The translations under genes were made by a program, and so were the position numbers. Positions 1-14,729 of a DNA stretch of 64,000 nt are shown piece by piece. The stretch comes from Perna viridis. Its lineage: Eukaryota. The number at the start of each line of letters is the position of its first letter. The first letter of the stretch is position 1. Under the pieces are notes generated by a model. That model did not search any database. It saw only the letters and a list, made by a program, of their open reading frames with translations, and had not been told where the DNA came from. Location of the stretch: contig CM074516.1 of NCBI GenBank assembly GCA_037379345.1, forward strand, positions 248,001 through 312,000, written 5' to 3'.

Positions 1-1624
1 GGCTACAGACCTGCCACACATTACAGGCTGTACATATTATCTTACTTCATAGAAATTGAAACATGTTCAGATCTGTTTAATAGTATCTTCTGATATATTA
101 ATAAGAGGAAGACTTTCTCAAAATACAGAATGACAAAAATTAGAAAAAAAATATAACCTTTCATACATCATTTTTTTTCTCTAGTATGATTGCTTTTCCC
201 TAGTTAATCAACTGCTAGTATTGTTTATATACATAAAAAGCTAAGATTTAAACTTTGTTACTTCACACTAAGGTCATGACCTTTTAAAAGTTCTTTTTAA
301 GGCTATACTACTTGAAAGAGATTTCATGGTAGATATACCCTTGCATTAATTATCATATTTCAGGTTGGTGCTTTTTATATACAGTACAACCATTTATTGT
401 TGTTTTACATATGGTTTGTGAAAGTTCTGTTTTTATACACCCTTCTCTTTACTCATGTTTTATGGTATACAGTTGTCTGTCTGTCAACAACAAACTAAAA
501 TCTCTTTGAAATATTTTAATGTTGTTTTTTTTTATTCAACTTTTTCAAAGGAAAAAAGGGGAACTCAGTATATAAATAACATTTTCTGTAAGAGTCTCTA
601 TCTGCTAGTCTCGTTGACATCAGGAGGGATTCCAAATGTATTTAAAGAATAGATGCATGTCTGAATGCAAATGATACCAGCATGTGACTTTTCTTATAAT
701 AATTTGAAGCATCTTGTTGATTTAATTTTACTTCGTATCTTTTGCAATTTTTTGTTCATATTGAAAATAATCTTTTACAGTCTTTTTAAAAATATTTTAG
801 TGGTTGGTAGATAAAGTCACTGGAGTTATTGCATTATGATTGATAATCTACTAATTAGCTTACTTCCACTATTGTTTCTGTTTTCAAAATAATAAATTTC
901 CAGTGTAAATTTCTTCTGCATCTTGAATTAATAACATGACTGTTTATTTTTAGTGTGTACTGCCAGAAGAATCAGAAGTTTGGCAGACGTCAACCATTGA
1001 AGTTGGAGAACAGTTGCAGACGTTGGTTTGTGATGTAATATTTAGGTATAAAATTTTTGATTGAAAAGCATTCAAAAATGCTTGAATTTTTAGGTTTAGA
1101 TTAGAATACGTTTTTATTGCAGGCATGGCATATTCCATTATTTACAAAAATTAAATGAAACAAAACACAAAATGGTTCCCATAACAACAACTTCTAAAAT
1201 AGTTCCAATTTGTTCTATTATGACTGGAATTTATTACTTAGGTATTTCAGTAAAAATTTAAACTTTAAATCATCATAAATAGCACTTTTTATAGGAAAGG
1301 AATGAAGTGATACTTGATCACAATGGACATTTCAGGTTATTTAAAGGAAAGTAAAAAAAGAAAGTAGCCAGACCAATGTGTTCAGCTATATTACCATTTT
1401 TCTAGTAGTTAATTATATATATACACAAAATGATGAACCTTGAAGTAGAGTGCTTTTGGCAATCTTTCATTGTTTATTTCACAGCGACCTGGAAAATCAT
1501 TAGGTATTTATACACCATAGTATACCTGTATGCTGATTTCACTGTAGATTTATATACCTCAGGCTATTTGTAAATAATAGCTTCTTTAACTTGTGAGTCT
1601 ATAATACTGTGTTTTCCTCTACAG

Positions 1625-1819
1625 GTAAACCAGGATTTATGAATGGGTTACAAGCACCTGTTGAAATCTTACTCAATTAGTGAAATCAACGACCATTGTG
1701 TTTTATTTCACTTTAATTGGATAATTTGGTGACTTTGGATTAACTGTTTGAAGTGAAAATTTGATATCTTTGTTTTATCAATCATCCATAGTTAGCGAGA
1801 GATAGCTATCACTCTTCAG
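1625..1819 (+). other. Candidate non-coding (5'UTR) exon
   Basis: TTTTCCTCTACAG acceptor and CAG|GTAAGA donor 195 nt apart; stops in all three frames. Confidence 0.4.
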
Positions 1820-2474
1820 GTAAGAAATGCAATGAATCCTAATTGAATTAAATTTACGAGGCACTTTTCATTCTTCTACAGATGAAAATGAACTTTATTA
1901 GTTAAGAAAGTAAAATTAATGTGAAAACCAAGTGTTGTATCTTGTGTTGAATATTTTATTAGGATCAGGGAATATTTAGGTAGATTGAGAAGTAGAAAAT
2001 TTGTAAAATAGGGTATGGAATAAAATTTGTAAAGGTTGACATGGATTACAAGTGATATCTAATCTGAAGGTGTTTATTTTGGGATCTTTCTTACTGGTGC
2101 ACTGTTAATGCATGACTTTAATCAGTTTTATTGTTAAGTAAACCTTTTCAGGTCCAATTTTAAAACACTTGATGATTCTTCTTGCAGTAAATGTTAATTG
2201 TATATGTAAATATCAATCTACTACTTGTACTATTAGTTAATGCTTCATTAAGTAATGCATAATTGATTAGCATTCGTATTCTTAGTGAAATTATCACTTT
2301 AAAGAAATTTTAACTGAGATTAAACTTCAGTCTGTAGGTCTAAGGTAGTTGAAGACAGACAGACAGATAATCACAATCGTAAGTTAGAATGGCTCTTCCA
2401 CATGGAAGATCTCCAATCTGTAGGTCTAAGTTCATTTAAGTCAGATATACAGAGGACCACTCTCTTTACTGGCT

Positions 2475-3110
2475 AAAGCTGACAGTCACCTGTCTAGTTA
2501 GAGCAGACATTCACCAATCAGACAAGAGCTGACTGTCAGCAAACTGGCAAACTGGCTAGAGCTGACTTTAACAATTCAGACTAGAGCTGACTTTCACCAA
2601 TCAGACTAGAGCTGACTGTCATCAAACTGGCTAGAGCTGACAGTCACCAATCTGGTTAGAGCTGACTGTCATCAAACTGGCTAGAGCTGACAGTCACCAA
2701 TCTGGTTAGAGCTGACAGTCACCTATCTGACTAGAGCTGACAGTCACTCATCTGGCTAGAGCTGACAGTCACCAATCTGGCGAGAGCTGACAGTCACCAA
2801 TCTGACTTGAGCTGACAGTCACCAATCTGGTTAGAGCTGACAGTCACCTATCTGACTAGAGCTGACAGTCACCAATCTGACTTGAGCTGACAGTCACCAA
2901 TCTGGTTAGAGCTGACAGTCACCTATCTGACTAGAGCTGACAGTCACCAATCTAACTTGAGCTGACAGTCACTCATCTGGCTAGAGCTGACTCACCAATC
3001 TGACTCGATTTGATGTCACTCATCTAGCGAGAGCTGACAGTTACCAATCTGACTTGAGTTGACATCACTCATCTGGCGAGAGCCGACTGTCACCAATCTG
3101 ACCAAAGTTG
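2475..3110. repeat. Minisatellite, 25-bp unit GAGCTGACAGTCACCAATCTGGCTA
   Basis: About 25 tandem copies with degenerate edges. Confidence 0.95.
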
Positions 3111-4006
3111 ACATCCCTAATTTTGATTTATTTTTTATATTGAAGGCTGAATTTAGCCTATTTGTTTCATGTCTATTTTTTTGTTATCATTATAATTTTC
3201 ATGGGATTGTAATACATTGTTTTTCTGACATCACCTGTTTGGCTCACCTTAAACTGACAGAACTTTGATCAACCATGTACAGTGGAACAAAGTTTGCCAT
3301 AAACATTGAATACAAATTTGAAATAGACTTCACTTGGGTGAAGATTACGTATACAAATGTGAAATTGCCTACAAAAATTATGTTGGTTGGAATTTTAAGA
3401 TAAATGTGATACATCTTAATGTGTTTTTCCTATAAAAAGTTGTTGTTAAAACCCCATAACATTCTAGCCATCAACCCTTGTTTATAAGTTATGCTTAAAG
3501 TTTTAGGATAACAAGACAAAATGTTTCTAAGTTGCTTGGTTTTGTTAAAAAATAAAAACATCTCAGCTAAAAAAAAGAATGCCACAACATCATCCAATTT
3601 CAAGTTTATGAAAGGTATTAGTAGTTTTTCTTTATAATGATGATGAACTAAGTAAGTCTTGTCAACAGTATTAGATAATGTTGTCTATCTTCATTTATCA
3701 CAAAAAATTCATGTGTTCCTCAAAGAAGGCCCTTTTTCAAAACATGCCTAGCTTGAATCAAGTGATAATCGTAAGAATTATTGGTATTAAGATAAAAATA
3801 AAATCATTATTTTAATCCGTTATCTTCAAATATTTCAATTGAATAGTTCCTAAATCTGGTAGTATTAATGTTTTATACATTGTGTAGTTAACTCTTGTAA
3901 ACACAGTAATGGGATAAACAGCCAATATTTCTCTGTTAACACATTGATGGGATAATTTTCTGATTTTCTGTTTTGGTTTTACTCTGTTGAAGTCTGAGAG
4001 TTGAAA

Positions 4007-4570
4007 TACTGGAAGAGTCGACATACTGGTGAGAGTTGGCATACTGGTAAGAGTCATCATACTGGTGAGAGTTGACATACTGGTAAGAGTCATCATACTG
4101 GTGAGAATTGGCATACTGGTAAGAGTCGACATACTGGTGAGAGTTGGCATACTGGTAAGAGTCATCATACTGGTGAGAGTTGCCATACTGGTAAGAGTCA
4201 TCATTCTGGTGAGAGTCAACATACTGGTTAGAGTTGGCATACTGGTAAGGGTCATCATACTGGTGAGAGTTGGCATACTGGTAAGAGTCGACATACTGGT
4301 GAGAGTTGGCATACTGGTAAGAGTCGACATACTGGTGAGAGTCGATATACTGGTGAGAGTTGGCATATTGGTAAGAGTTGACATACTGGTGAGAGTTGGC
4401 ATACTGGTAAGAGTCATCTTAATGGTGAAAGTTGACATACCGGTAAGAGTCAACATGCTGGTGAGGGTTGGCATACTGGTAAGAGTCGACATACTGGTGA
4501 GAGTTGGCATACTGACGAGAGTTGAAATGCTGGTAAGAGTCGACATACTGGTGAGAGTTGACATACTGGT
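4007..4570. repeat. Minisatellite, 18-bp unit CATACTGGTGAGAGTTGG
   Basis: About 31 copies; source of spurious ORFs 3812-4564 and 4029-4580. Confidence 0.96.
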
Positions 4571-6835
4571 ACCTCTTTAAGCATTTGTCAACTGAATAGT
4601 TTATTGTTAAACATTGTCAGGCATTTAACATATGTATTATAATGATAACCTTTACAAGTGAAGTTCTACAGTCTTTTTTGTGCTGCTTGGTGTGTATTTT
4701 GTTTATCCTTCTGTTTCATCTGATGTCTCTGGTATTCTTATATTTTTTGTAGATCTCTTGCAATTATATCTTGGTTGTTTATTTCACAAACAGAAAAATG
4801 GAGGAGTACTTTACTTAAATTTCTTCCAGTTAATGGTTACAAGCTTTTTCATTGAAGTCCAGTAATACCATTATCTCTAAGATAATCAACATCATACAAT
4901 ATGAACACAATTTATTATGATCAATTTCATAATTTGACATAGCCCATGATCCCTCAATTTTACTTAGTATACAAATCCTACTAGCATGTTCTTCTGATAA
5001 TAGGTTATCACAGATTTGTACATGTTTTAAAGTTCATTTATGGAATGCAGATATGATGGTTTGTCGTAAATTCTGAAGGTAGTTTATAATCGGCCATTGA
5101 GTGTGTTTGTTCATGCCTTTGTATCTGGGTAATAATTTTCCGTTGGTAAATATATAGGACAAAGTTAATTTCTTTTTAAAAAGAATGGGCATCCTGTGTA
5201 ACGCTTTATTATAGTACTCTACACTCATATTTTCCTGAAGTGTTTGATGGGATGGGAACATTCAACAAACCTTTCATTACCAAGGGCTTCTTTGTCAATA
5301 GCTTAGTTTAAGAGCTCATCTTTGTAAAACTGAATATGCAATGTTATTTACATCACAATAGAAGAAATGTGCAGTGTCATCCATGTGAAACCAGGTTTCA
5401 TATTTTGATATTATAATCATAGCTTTGAAATTAGAGAATAAAGGATAGCTGACTACACTAATCATTTCTTACAAAAGTTAATACATGTATTATAAAATTA
5501 TGAAGCAATGGTATCCCTTACCATTTTAGACTTTTCCACTTTCATCACTGAAATTGAGATGGAGATCATTTGATGTTCAAGTATGTATGTGAAAAAAAAA
5601 AGATTTGCAGTACACAGTTTGTTTCTTTGTTTGCTGGGGTTTAATGTCCGAGCAGCAATATTTCAGTATATTTAGACGATGCAGTACGCAGGAAAACATG
5701 TATAAACTAAGTAATTGTATTGAGATTACCTGTCTAATGCAATACCTGTGTGATTAGGATGTAATCTTCATGAACATCAGACTTACGATTTACTTGTTTG
5801 ATTTTATAAGTTTTAAGTAATCACAATACATTGTATATATATACATATATCTATTTATGTTGTCTAAAGCTTGATGTGATTGAAAGTTATTGTAAAGAAT
5901 TATGACTTATTTTTACATTCTGGAACTTAAACCTTTGACATATGACCCCTCTGCCATTACTCTTTGACTCCTTAATGTCTTATGTTATTATTACATGTGT
6001 GTAGGTAATTAGACAGACCAGATTTGATATACATGATTCATAGACAGAACTGGCTCTAGTCTTTATACATGGATTAGAGGTCTGACAAGTCTGATATAGT
6101 CTTCATACATGGATTAGAGGTCTGACAAGTCTGATATAGTGTTTATATGCATAAAGAACTTTTTCATTTTGTTTTGAAAAAGCAAAGAAATCTTCTTACA
6201 ACAATTAAAAAAAAATATCAAAATAAAATATCAGTCTTTGACATTGAAATGATATAAACGAGTATTAAAGCATTTCTCTCCTGGGTAAGTTATTAGTATC
6301 TAGATATGTTTAGATAATGGTGGGTATCGGTTTGAACATTTTACACCTTGATGTCCACAGTATAGAGTGGTGTTTAACTTGTACTAAGAATTTGTTATTA
6401 ACATAGTTTTAGTCAATATGAACTGGGTCAAGTTTTCAATTTTTGCAGACTTTAACAGTTGAGTATGTTCTATTGTTTGACTTTAGGTTCTGTTGGACCA
6501 GACATATAGTCTCATTCATTGTAATATTTATTAAGTATGTCCACATTGATTTTTCACTGCTATACCCCACCACAGGAAGTGGTATTATGTGATAACCTCT
6601 ACACTTCTATCTGCCTGTCTGCCCTGTACGGTTATTGAGTATCCTTAATTTCAGTTTGATTAGATTATTCACACAAAAGTTATGGCCATTTTACCCTAAA
6701 AACAGTTTAATTTTGATGCTTAATTTGGGACTTCATTTCTGGATTATCTGAACTCTGAGGAAATAAAAAGCTGTCCTTTGTAACAACAAACAAAGGCACT
6801 TAGTTCACTTTGTGTATAAAAAATCTGTATATATA

Positions 6836-9304
6836 TATTTTATCTATGTTTTACCAAGTGCTCTAACATTTTATCTGCATTTTACCAAGTGCTCTAACAT
6901 TTTATCCACATTTTACCATGTGCTCTAACATTTTATCCATGTTTTACCAAGTGCTGTAACATTTTATCCATGTTTTACCAAGTGCTGTAACATTTTATCC
7001 ACGTTTTACCAGGTGCTCTAACATTTTATCCACATTTTCCATGTGCTCTAACATTTTATCTGTGTTTTACCAAGTGCTGTAACATTTTATCCATGTTTTA
7101 CCAGGTGCTCCAACATTTTGTCCTACCATGTGCTCTAACATTTTATCCATGTTTTACCAAGTGCTGTAACATTTTATCCATGTTTTACCAAGTGCTCTAA
7201 CATTTTATCCACGTTTTACCATGTGCTGTAACATTTTATCCATGTTTTACCAAGTGCTCCAACATTTTATCCACGTTTTACCAGGAGCTCTAACATTTTC
7301 TCCACATTTTACCATGTACTCTAACATTTTATCTGTGTTTTACCAAGTGCTGTAACATTTTATCCACGTTTTACCAAGTGTTCTAACATTTTGTCCTGAC
7401 ATGTGCTCTAACATTTTATCCACGTTTTACCAAGTGCTGTAACATTTTGTCCTTCCATGTGCTCTAACATTTTATCCATGTTTTACCAAGTGCTGTAACA
7501 TTTTATCCATATTTTACCAAGTGCTCTAACATTTTATCCACATTTTACCAGGTGCTCTAACATTTTCTCCACATTTTACCATGTGCTCTAACATTTTATC
7601 TGTGTTTTACCAAGTGCTGTAACATTTTATCCATGTTTTACCAAGTGCTCGAACATTTTATCTGCATTTTACCAAGTGCTCTAACATTTTATCTGTGTTT
7701 TACCAAGTGCTGTAACATTTTATCCATGTTTTACCAAGTGCTCCAACATTTTATCCACGTTTTACCAAGTGCTCTAACATTTTGTCCTGACATGTGCTCT
7801 AACATTTTATCCACGTTTTACCAAGTGCTCTAACATTTTGTCCTACCATGTGCTCTAACATTTTATCCATGTTTTACCAAGTGCTCTAACATTTTATCCA
7901 TGTTTTACCAAGTGCTCTAACATTTTATCCATGTTTTACCAAGTGCTCTAACATTTTGTCCTGACATGTGCTCTAACATTTTATCCACGTTTAACCAAGT
8001 GCTCTAACATTTTGTCCTACCATGTGCTCTAACATTTTATCCATGTTTTACCAAGTGCTGTAACATTTTATCTGTGTTTTACCAAGTGCTGTAACATTTT
8101 ATCCATGTTTTACCAAGTGCTCTAACATTTTATCCATGTTTTACCAAGTGCTCTAACATTTTGTCCTGACATGTGCTCTAACATTTTATCCATGTTTTAC
8201 CAAGTGCTGTAACATTTTATCCATGTTTTACCAAGTGCTCTAACATTTTATCCACGTTTTACCAGGTGCTCTAACATTTTATCCACATTTTACCATGTGC
8301 TCTAACATTTTATCTGTGTTTTACCAAGTGCTGTAACATTTTATCCATGTTTTACCAAGTGCTCTAACATTTTATCCACGTTTTACCAGGTGCTCTAACA
8401 TTTTATCCACATTTTACCATGTGCTCTAACATTTTATCCATGTTTTACCAAGTGCTGTAACATTTTATCCACGTTTTACCAGGTGCTCTAACATTTTATC
8501 CACATTTTACCATGTGCTCTAACATTTTATCTGTGTTTTACCAAGTGCTGTAACATTTTCTCCACATTTTACCATGTGCTCTAACATTTTATCCATGTTT
8601 TACCAAGTGCTGTAACATTTTATCCATGTTTTACCAGGTGCTCCAACATTTTGTCCTACCATGTGCTCTAACATTTTATCCATGTTTTACCAAGTGCTGT
8701 AACATTTTATCCACGTTTTACCATGTGCTCTAACATTTTATCTATGTTTTACCAAGTGCTGTAACATTTTATCCATGTTTTACCAAGTGCTGTAACATTT
8801 TATCCATGTTTTACCAGGTGCTCCAACATTTTGTCCTACCATGTGCTCTAACATTTTATCCATGTTTTACCAAGTGCTGTAACATTTTATCCACGTTTTA
8901 CCATGTGCTCTAACATTTTATCTATGTTTTACCAAGTGCTGTAACATTTTATCCATGTTCTACCATGTGCTCTAACATTTTATCTGCATTTTACCAAGTG
9001 CTTGAACATTTTGTCCTACCAAGTGCTGTAACATTTTATCCCTGTTTTACCAAGTGCTCTAACATTTTATCTGCATTTTACCAAGTGCTTGAACATTTTG
9101 TCCTACCAAGTGCTGTAACATTTTATCCCTGTTTTACCAAGTGCTCTAACATTTTATCCACATTTTACCAAGTGCTCAAACATTTTATCCCTGTTTTCCC
9201 ATGTGCTCTTATATTTTATCTGCATTTTACCAAGTGTTTGAACATTTTGTCCTACCATGTGCTCTAACATTTTATCCACGTTTTACCAAGTGCTCTAACA
9301 TTTT
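6836..9304. repeat. Minisatellite, 31-bp unit TTTTATCCATGTTTTACCAAGTGCTCTAACA with interspersed 25-bp deletion variant
   Basis: About 80 tandem copies. Confidence 0.97.
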
Positions 9305-10733
9305 AAAGTCTTAGTTATACAAAAGTATTTCACTCTGAGTTACTTAGAGGTACTTATTTTTTGTCTGAAGGTCAAAGTTCATTAGTAGCTACTTGTTATT
9401 TATTAGTTTTATAGTCTGACTGGTTTTGATTATACTGATTTTGTCATATTAATTTTTTGGCATTTTTTGGTATTTTTTTCTGCATGAACCATATACAATG
9501 TAACATAAAAAAAAATCTCATAAAACATGAGTCAAAGTATTACAGAAATACTTCTTATTCTTTTATTGGATATCTCTGAAATGCAAAAATAAAAATTAGA
9601 GGGAGAAGAGGTAAAAAGTGTTCAGAACATATTTGGTATGATATGGCATTTGGTATAAAGCAGTAACTTGGTGTTCACCTTTTTTCAGTTTGTACAGCAA
9701 TTTTGTAATCAGTAATTTTAAACATTAATTTAATTCCTACTTTTGCCCTCAATTATATGTTACTTCTAGATTTTCCAGATGCTCTGTTTTATCTAAAGTT
9801 TATCATCCATGTAAACTTTTAGTGCGTATTTATGACTATAATTGTCCAAGGAATAAAGACACAAAATAAAAAAAATACATGCTAGCCATTTGAAATACTT
9901 GATAATTTATCATTTTATCTTGCCATGAAAACAATTCTTTTCATTAGAATATAAAATGCAATGTTTACTTTGACCATGAAAAACTTCCTCAACCAGAAAT
10001 CATGAATAAATGATTCTTTAATGTTTTCCACCAAATCTAACCATTAAGAAAATCTCATCTCCATGAAGTATGCTTTTAAATCCATATCAATCAATCAGTG
10101 CAGTAAGTAGCCTTTGAAGTAGTGCATCACTTACAACCAACTGTTCATATACCCAAGAGATAATCGTCTCTAAAGTGAATTATTTTCAACACTGTACACT
10201 TCATGTGCATTATGGCAAGTGTAAGATTTAATCAAAACCACTATTCATTGAAATTTTTAATCCCTGATCAGCAGTTTAAGAAGCATGTTTGTGTAATAAG
10301 GCTCAAAAGTTTACATGTCTTATTAGTTCTGGCTGTCAAGTTTTTAAACTTGGATTTTAAGCTGAAAATGTAGAATGGATATGTATAACATATAAATATA
10401 AAGTTATAAACAACCTGAGCTAATGTACAGGAACTGTTAGCTACTGATTAAAGAGGTAACCTTTGGGATCTATATATTTTTGTTTTGTCAATGATGATGG
10501 AGCCGAGTTAAGGTTGAACATCATCAAACTTGTATGTAAGATTTTAAAGATTGAAGGAATCTTTGTGTACATTTGCACTTGCTAACATATAACTGACTTA
10601 AAGCATTGTTTTCTGAACAGAATGTAACTGTAGCAATATGGTGAGTGTTTCTGAAAGGTAGGAGATATTTAACCTTTAAGTCCATTTCCTCAGATTTTTT
10701 GTACCGCCTAATTGTGGTGGAGTCTAGAATGCT

Positions 10734-11012
10734 TATTGTCCCCCACGACATGTTGTAAGGGGACATAGAAATGCCAGGTGTCCGTCCATCCGTCTGCTGT
10801 CTGTCCGCGTTTTCCGCACTTTTTTTGTAATGCTTTTTCCAAATAAGTTTGTTTTTGATATGTGGCCTTATTATGAAGAGTTACAGATTAAGTTTGACTT
10901 TGGTTACGGTTGAATTATGGAAGGTATGGCCCTTGGACTTTTTCAGTGAATTTAAGTTTTCTGCACTTTTTTTTTCACAGGGGACATATGGGGCCATTGG
11001 AACGCTGTTCTT
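10734..11012 (+). mobile_element. Short HINE (Helentron-associated non-autonomous element)-like insertion
   Basis: TGTCCCC...GGGGACA short inverted repeat at the 5' end, GTCC microsatellite, terminal GGGGACA; interrupts a 24-bp minisatellite. Confidence 0.6.
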
Positions 11013-11315
11013 TTATTGTTGTGGAGTCTATAATGCTCATTTTTGTGGAGTCTAGGATGCTCATTGTTGTGAAGTCTATGATCCTCATTGTTGTGGAGTC
11101 TATGTTGTGCATTGATGTAGAGTCTGTAATGCTCACTGTGTTCTAATTTGGGATACTCATTATTTTGAAGTTTGTAATGCTACCTGTGGTAGAGTTTAGA
11201 GTCCTTGTGGTAAAATCTAGGAATCTCATTTCAGTGGAGTCTAGAGTTCTTATTGTTGTGGAGTTGAGGGTGCTATTTGTTGTGGAGTTTTAGAGTGCTA
11301 ATTGTGGTGGAGTAT
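11013..11315. repeat. Degenerate 24-bp minisatellite (TTGTTGTGGAGTCTATGATGCTCA)
   Basis: About 12 diverged copies; one more copy at ~10710-10735 on the other side of the HINE. Confidence 0.8.
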
Positions 11316-11799
11316 TCGATGGTCAATGTATTGAAATTATCTTTGTGTTTTATATGGTAGCTGTTCTATATATTTTTTTGTAACATTGACTGTAAAGTTT
11401 CTTATACTACATTGATTGAAATTACTTTCATTGGCAACTGTACATTAGATATCTCTTAAACCAATTGAAGTTGTATTTTATCCAGTAGGAATTAATACAG
11501 TGGGGATAATACAGTTACATGTAGAGGACCTCCCATCCAGTCGAAATTACAAAATTATACAATGGTGCATTAATCTGATTTTGTATTGTTGGGCCGATTT
11601 TTGGACATGTAGCTGTCCTAAGGTCAAATCAGGTGTCTTAAATGTGGTTTATGGGTATAACTAAGGCCTTATTGAACTGAATTTGTTACTCCTTTTAGAA
11701 TTTGTCATCTTGCCTAATTGCTTTAGGAATTAAGATTGTTGATCATATTGGTTTCATAAGTCTGGAGTTTTGCCTGTGAAAGTTTTTTGTTTTTGATTG

Positions 11800-12220
11800 T
11801 CATCAATGGCTTCTCACCTTATTTCATCTATTGCTTCTCAACTTATTTCATCCATGACTTCTCACCATATTTCATCCATTGCTTATCATCTTATTTCATC
11901 CATTGCATCTCACCTTATTTCATCCATTGCTTCTCACCTTATTTCATCCATGGCTTCTTTGCTGGTTTTCATCGTTGGCTTCTCTGCTGGTTTTCATCCA
12001 TGGCTTCTTAGCTGATTTCATCCATGGCTTCTCACCTTATTTCGTCCGTTGCTTATCACCGTATTTCATCCATGACTTCTCACCTTATTTCATCCATTGC
12101 TTCTCACCTTATTTCATCCATGGCTTCTTTGCTGGTTTTTATTGTTGGCTTCTCTGCTGGTTTTCATCCATGCTTCTGAACTGATTTCATCCATGGCTTC
12201 TTAGCTGATTTTTATCCATG
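11800..12220. repeat. Minisatellite, 24-bp unit TTTCATCCATTGCTTCTCACCTTA
   Basis: About 17 copies with higher-order variants. Confidence 0.92.
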
Positions 12221-14255
12221 TATTAGATGCTGTTTAGATTATCAGATTAGGAGATCATATTGGTATTTAATCACTCAAGTTTGTCAATCACGTAAGGAAC
12301 ATTTATTGAACTGTTTTGATTAACTCAAGGGACTTAAACACTTCTCTGTTTTATTGTTTTATTTTATTATGTAGCTCAAATATTTTTGTAACTATTATTT
12401 TACACAGCTCATCACATGTTTTCACAATTTTTTGGGGTAAAAATTGGCTGATCATTGACGACATTGTCAAATGTAGCCTGAGTGTCAGTTAACAGAAAAA
12501 TTCAGCATACATCCCCCCCTCCCCCACACCACTGATTCAAAAACTCTGGATGTAGGTGGACATATTAATAATATGACATCACAATAACCCTAGGGAGACT
12601 TACAGTAGACAGGGAGTAATTATATATGGTTAGGTTGTTCTCAACCTGTTGTAGTAAGTTACCTGAAGCCATTGGACGACAATAGGTCACATGTCATACA
12701 ACAATCCTGTACCTGATGATGATACAACAAATGAGAGGGTTATAGTAAAACCTGAAAGTCTATATGCAGGGTGTCAGTCTGCCTGTGATTAAGTTTTATA
12801 TATTGAAAGAAAAATGAAATTTTCAAAATTTTAACTGAACACTTGAACGCTTAAAATATTTGATAAGTTGATACCAATATAGAAACAGGAATACATCAGT
12901 CAATGTTGCTGTCAGGATTTTAATGCTTCTTGATTACAAATTGGTAGCATTTGGAAGCTTGAATAAGAACTTTTACTTATTTTCCTTGATGTTTTTGCAC
13001 TGTTTTAGGTTTCACAAACTACTATATACTTTTTACAATAGATAAGAAGAACATGTGCAGGTGTTTAACATTCTTTGGCATATCTATGTGCAAAACCTGT
13101 TTTTAAAAGGGTTGTTTAATATTCAAACTACTTTTTTCCCATGATTCTATTGTATGTACAATTCTTGAGGGGAATCAGATAATAGTTAAATCAGCGAAAC
13201 GAATAGAAGAAAGCCTGGAATTAAAAAAAAAAGAATAATTCAGAGAATTAGTTCAATCTGCTATCATTATCTATACTCCTGTAATCCTGAGAATTAGTCT
13301 GCTGTCATTATCTATACTCCTAAATTGTTGGTGATTTGTAAGCTGTTGTACACATATCTACGGCAGTTTGATCAGCCATTTCATATAACAGATTATATCA
13401 TATCCAAGATCTTAGAGAGCTAGGAACTAGTATATACCCTATCATATTCAATGATTTATTACATTCCTGGTAAAGGGGGGAATCAGTATCTTATCTAATC
13501 AAGCACCTGTTCTAGTTAGCCAATTATATAGCAATAAAATAATTCAATTAATTACAGATTAATAAGTGTGTAACTTGTATTGATGTTAAGGGTTGTCACT
13601 AAATGATTTATTGTTATAATGGTGTAATTTCTTGTTCTGGGTGTGTTCTTATCCCATGGTGTTTTAGATGTGTATAATATAGACTGCAGTGTAAGAGTGA
13701 TATAAGGTATGTTTTGTTTCAAAGGAACTTCAAAATATCAGTTTATTATTATTTTTTTTACTAATTTGCTTTCAATGATTGAAGTTTTTCTTTGAATTTG
13801 ATTGTTAAGGGTACTCTAGCTATGTTGGCTGTCTAAAATTACTGAACTACTATTCAACTGTTCAACGCATGTAATTACTTTAAGGACATTTTTTGATATA
13901 AGATGTTGGTGGTACAATCTAAATTTTAATGATTTTTGGTAGTAAAGTTTAAACTGGGAAAAAATGGTAAGGCATATACTATAAAAACATTAAATTGTCC
14001 TTGGTGTGATCCAACTGACAAATAGAGTTATCCCCCTTGCTATGAAACTGATTGTGATGTTTGTTTACCTAACTGATTGATTTATTAAAACAGTTATTAT
14101 TTATACACCCCTAATAGGTTTTTAGTTTGATTTTTCCACTTGATTACATATTTCTAACCACTTCTTTGGTACATGTAGTTTGAATTTATTGATTTTTCAG
14201 ATTGAATGGATTTTACTGAAGTGAAAAAAATGCTTATGGATTAAATGCTTCAAGA

Positions 14256-14349
14256 ATGGCAGCAAAGTTTACTGAAGATACAGAAATGCAGCTAGAAGCT
14301 GCAGAAAATTTAGAGGACACAGTTAAACAAAGAATGCTTGAAAATAAAG
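14256..14349 (+). CDS. DMD: Candidate alternative first coding exon A of dystrophin (MAAKFTEDTEMQLEAAENLEDTVKQRMLENK, phase-1 end); exon probably starts at 14201
   Basis: ATG at 14256 with in-frame upstream TGA (14217-14219). 94 nt to AAG|GTATAT = 31 codons +1 nt, which joins exon 2 as G+AT (Asp). Upstream acceptor TTTTTCAG ends at 14200. Confidence 0.7.
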
Positions 14350-14729
14350 GTATATATCTCATCCTTATATCCTATTTCAACAGTAGAGAGAGAGAGAGCT
14401 TTTTAAAGAGAGGTTTTTTCAAGAGAGATTTTTTCTAGAAAGAGCTTTTTCAAGAAAAGGGCTTTTTCAAGAGAGAGCTTTTCAACATAGTTAAGTATTT
14501 TCCCATCACTGTAAAAAATACTAGGAAAAACACTTCCTGTTTGGATCTGATGTGAAAACCATTTGATATCTCTACACAGAAAGACTGTAATAGAAATAAT
14601 GATGCCTTGATGTATGGTAATAAGATTAATTATTAGAACATAATGACTGACAAGAACTAACCTTTTTATAAAGAATCAACACCCTCATATTCTAATAATT
14701 ATATTAGCTGACATAAAAACCACAATAAA

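Noticed and set aside
3812-4580. 250-aa and 183-aa ORFs with periodic Thr/Ser/Met or Val/Arg/Ile
   Set aside because: Translation of an 18-bp stop-free minisatellite; no splice or domain support.
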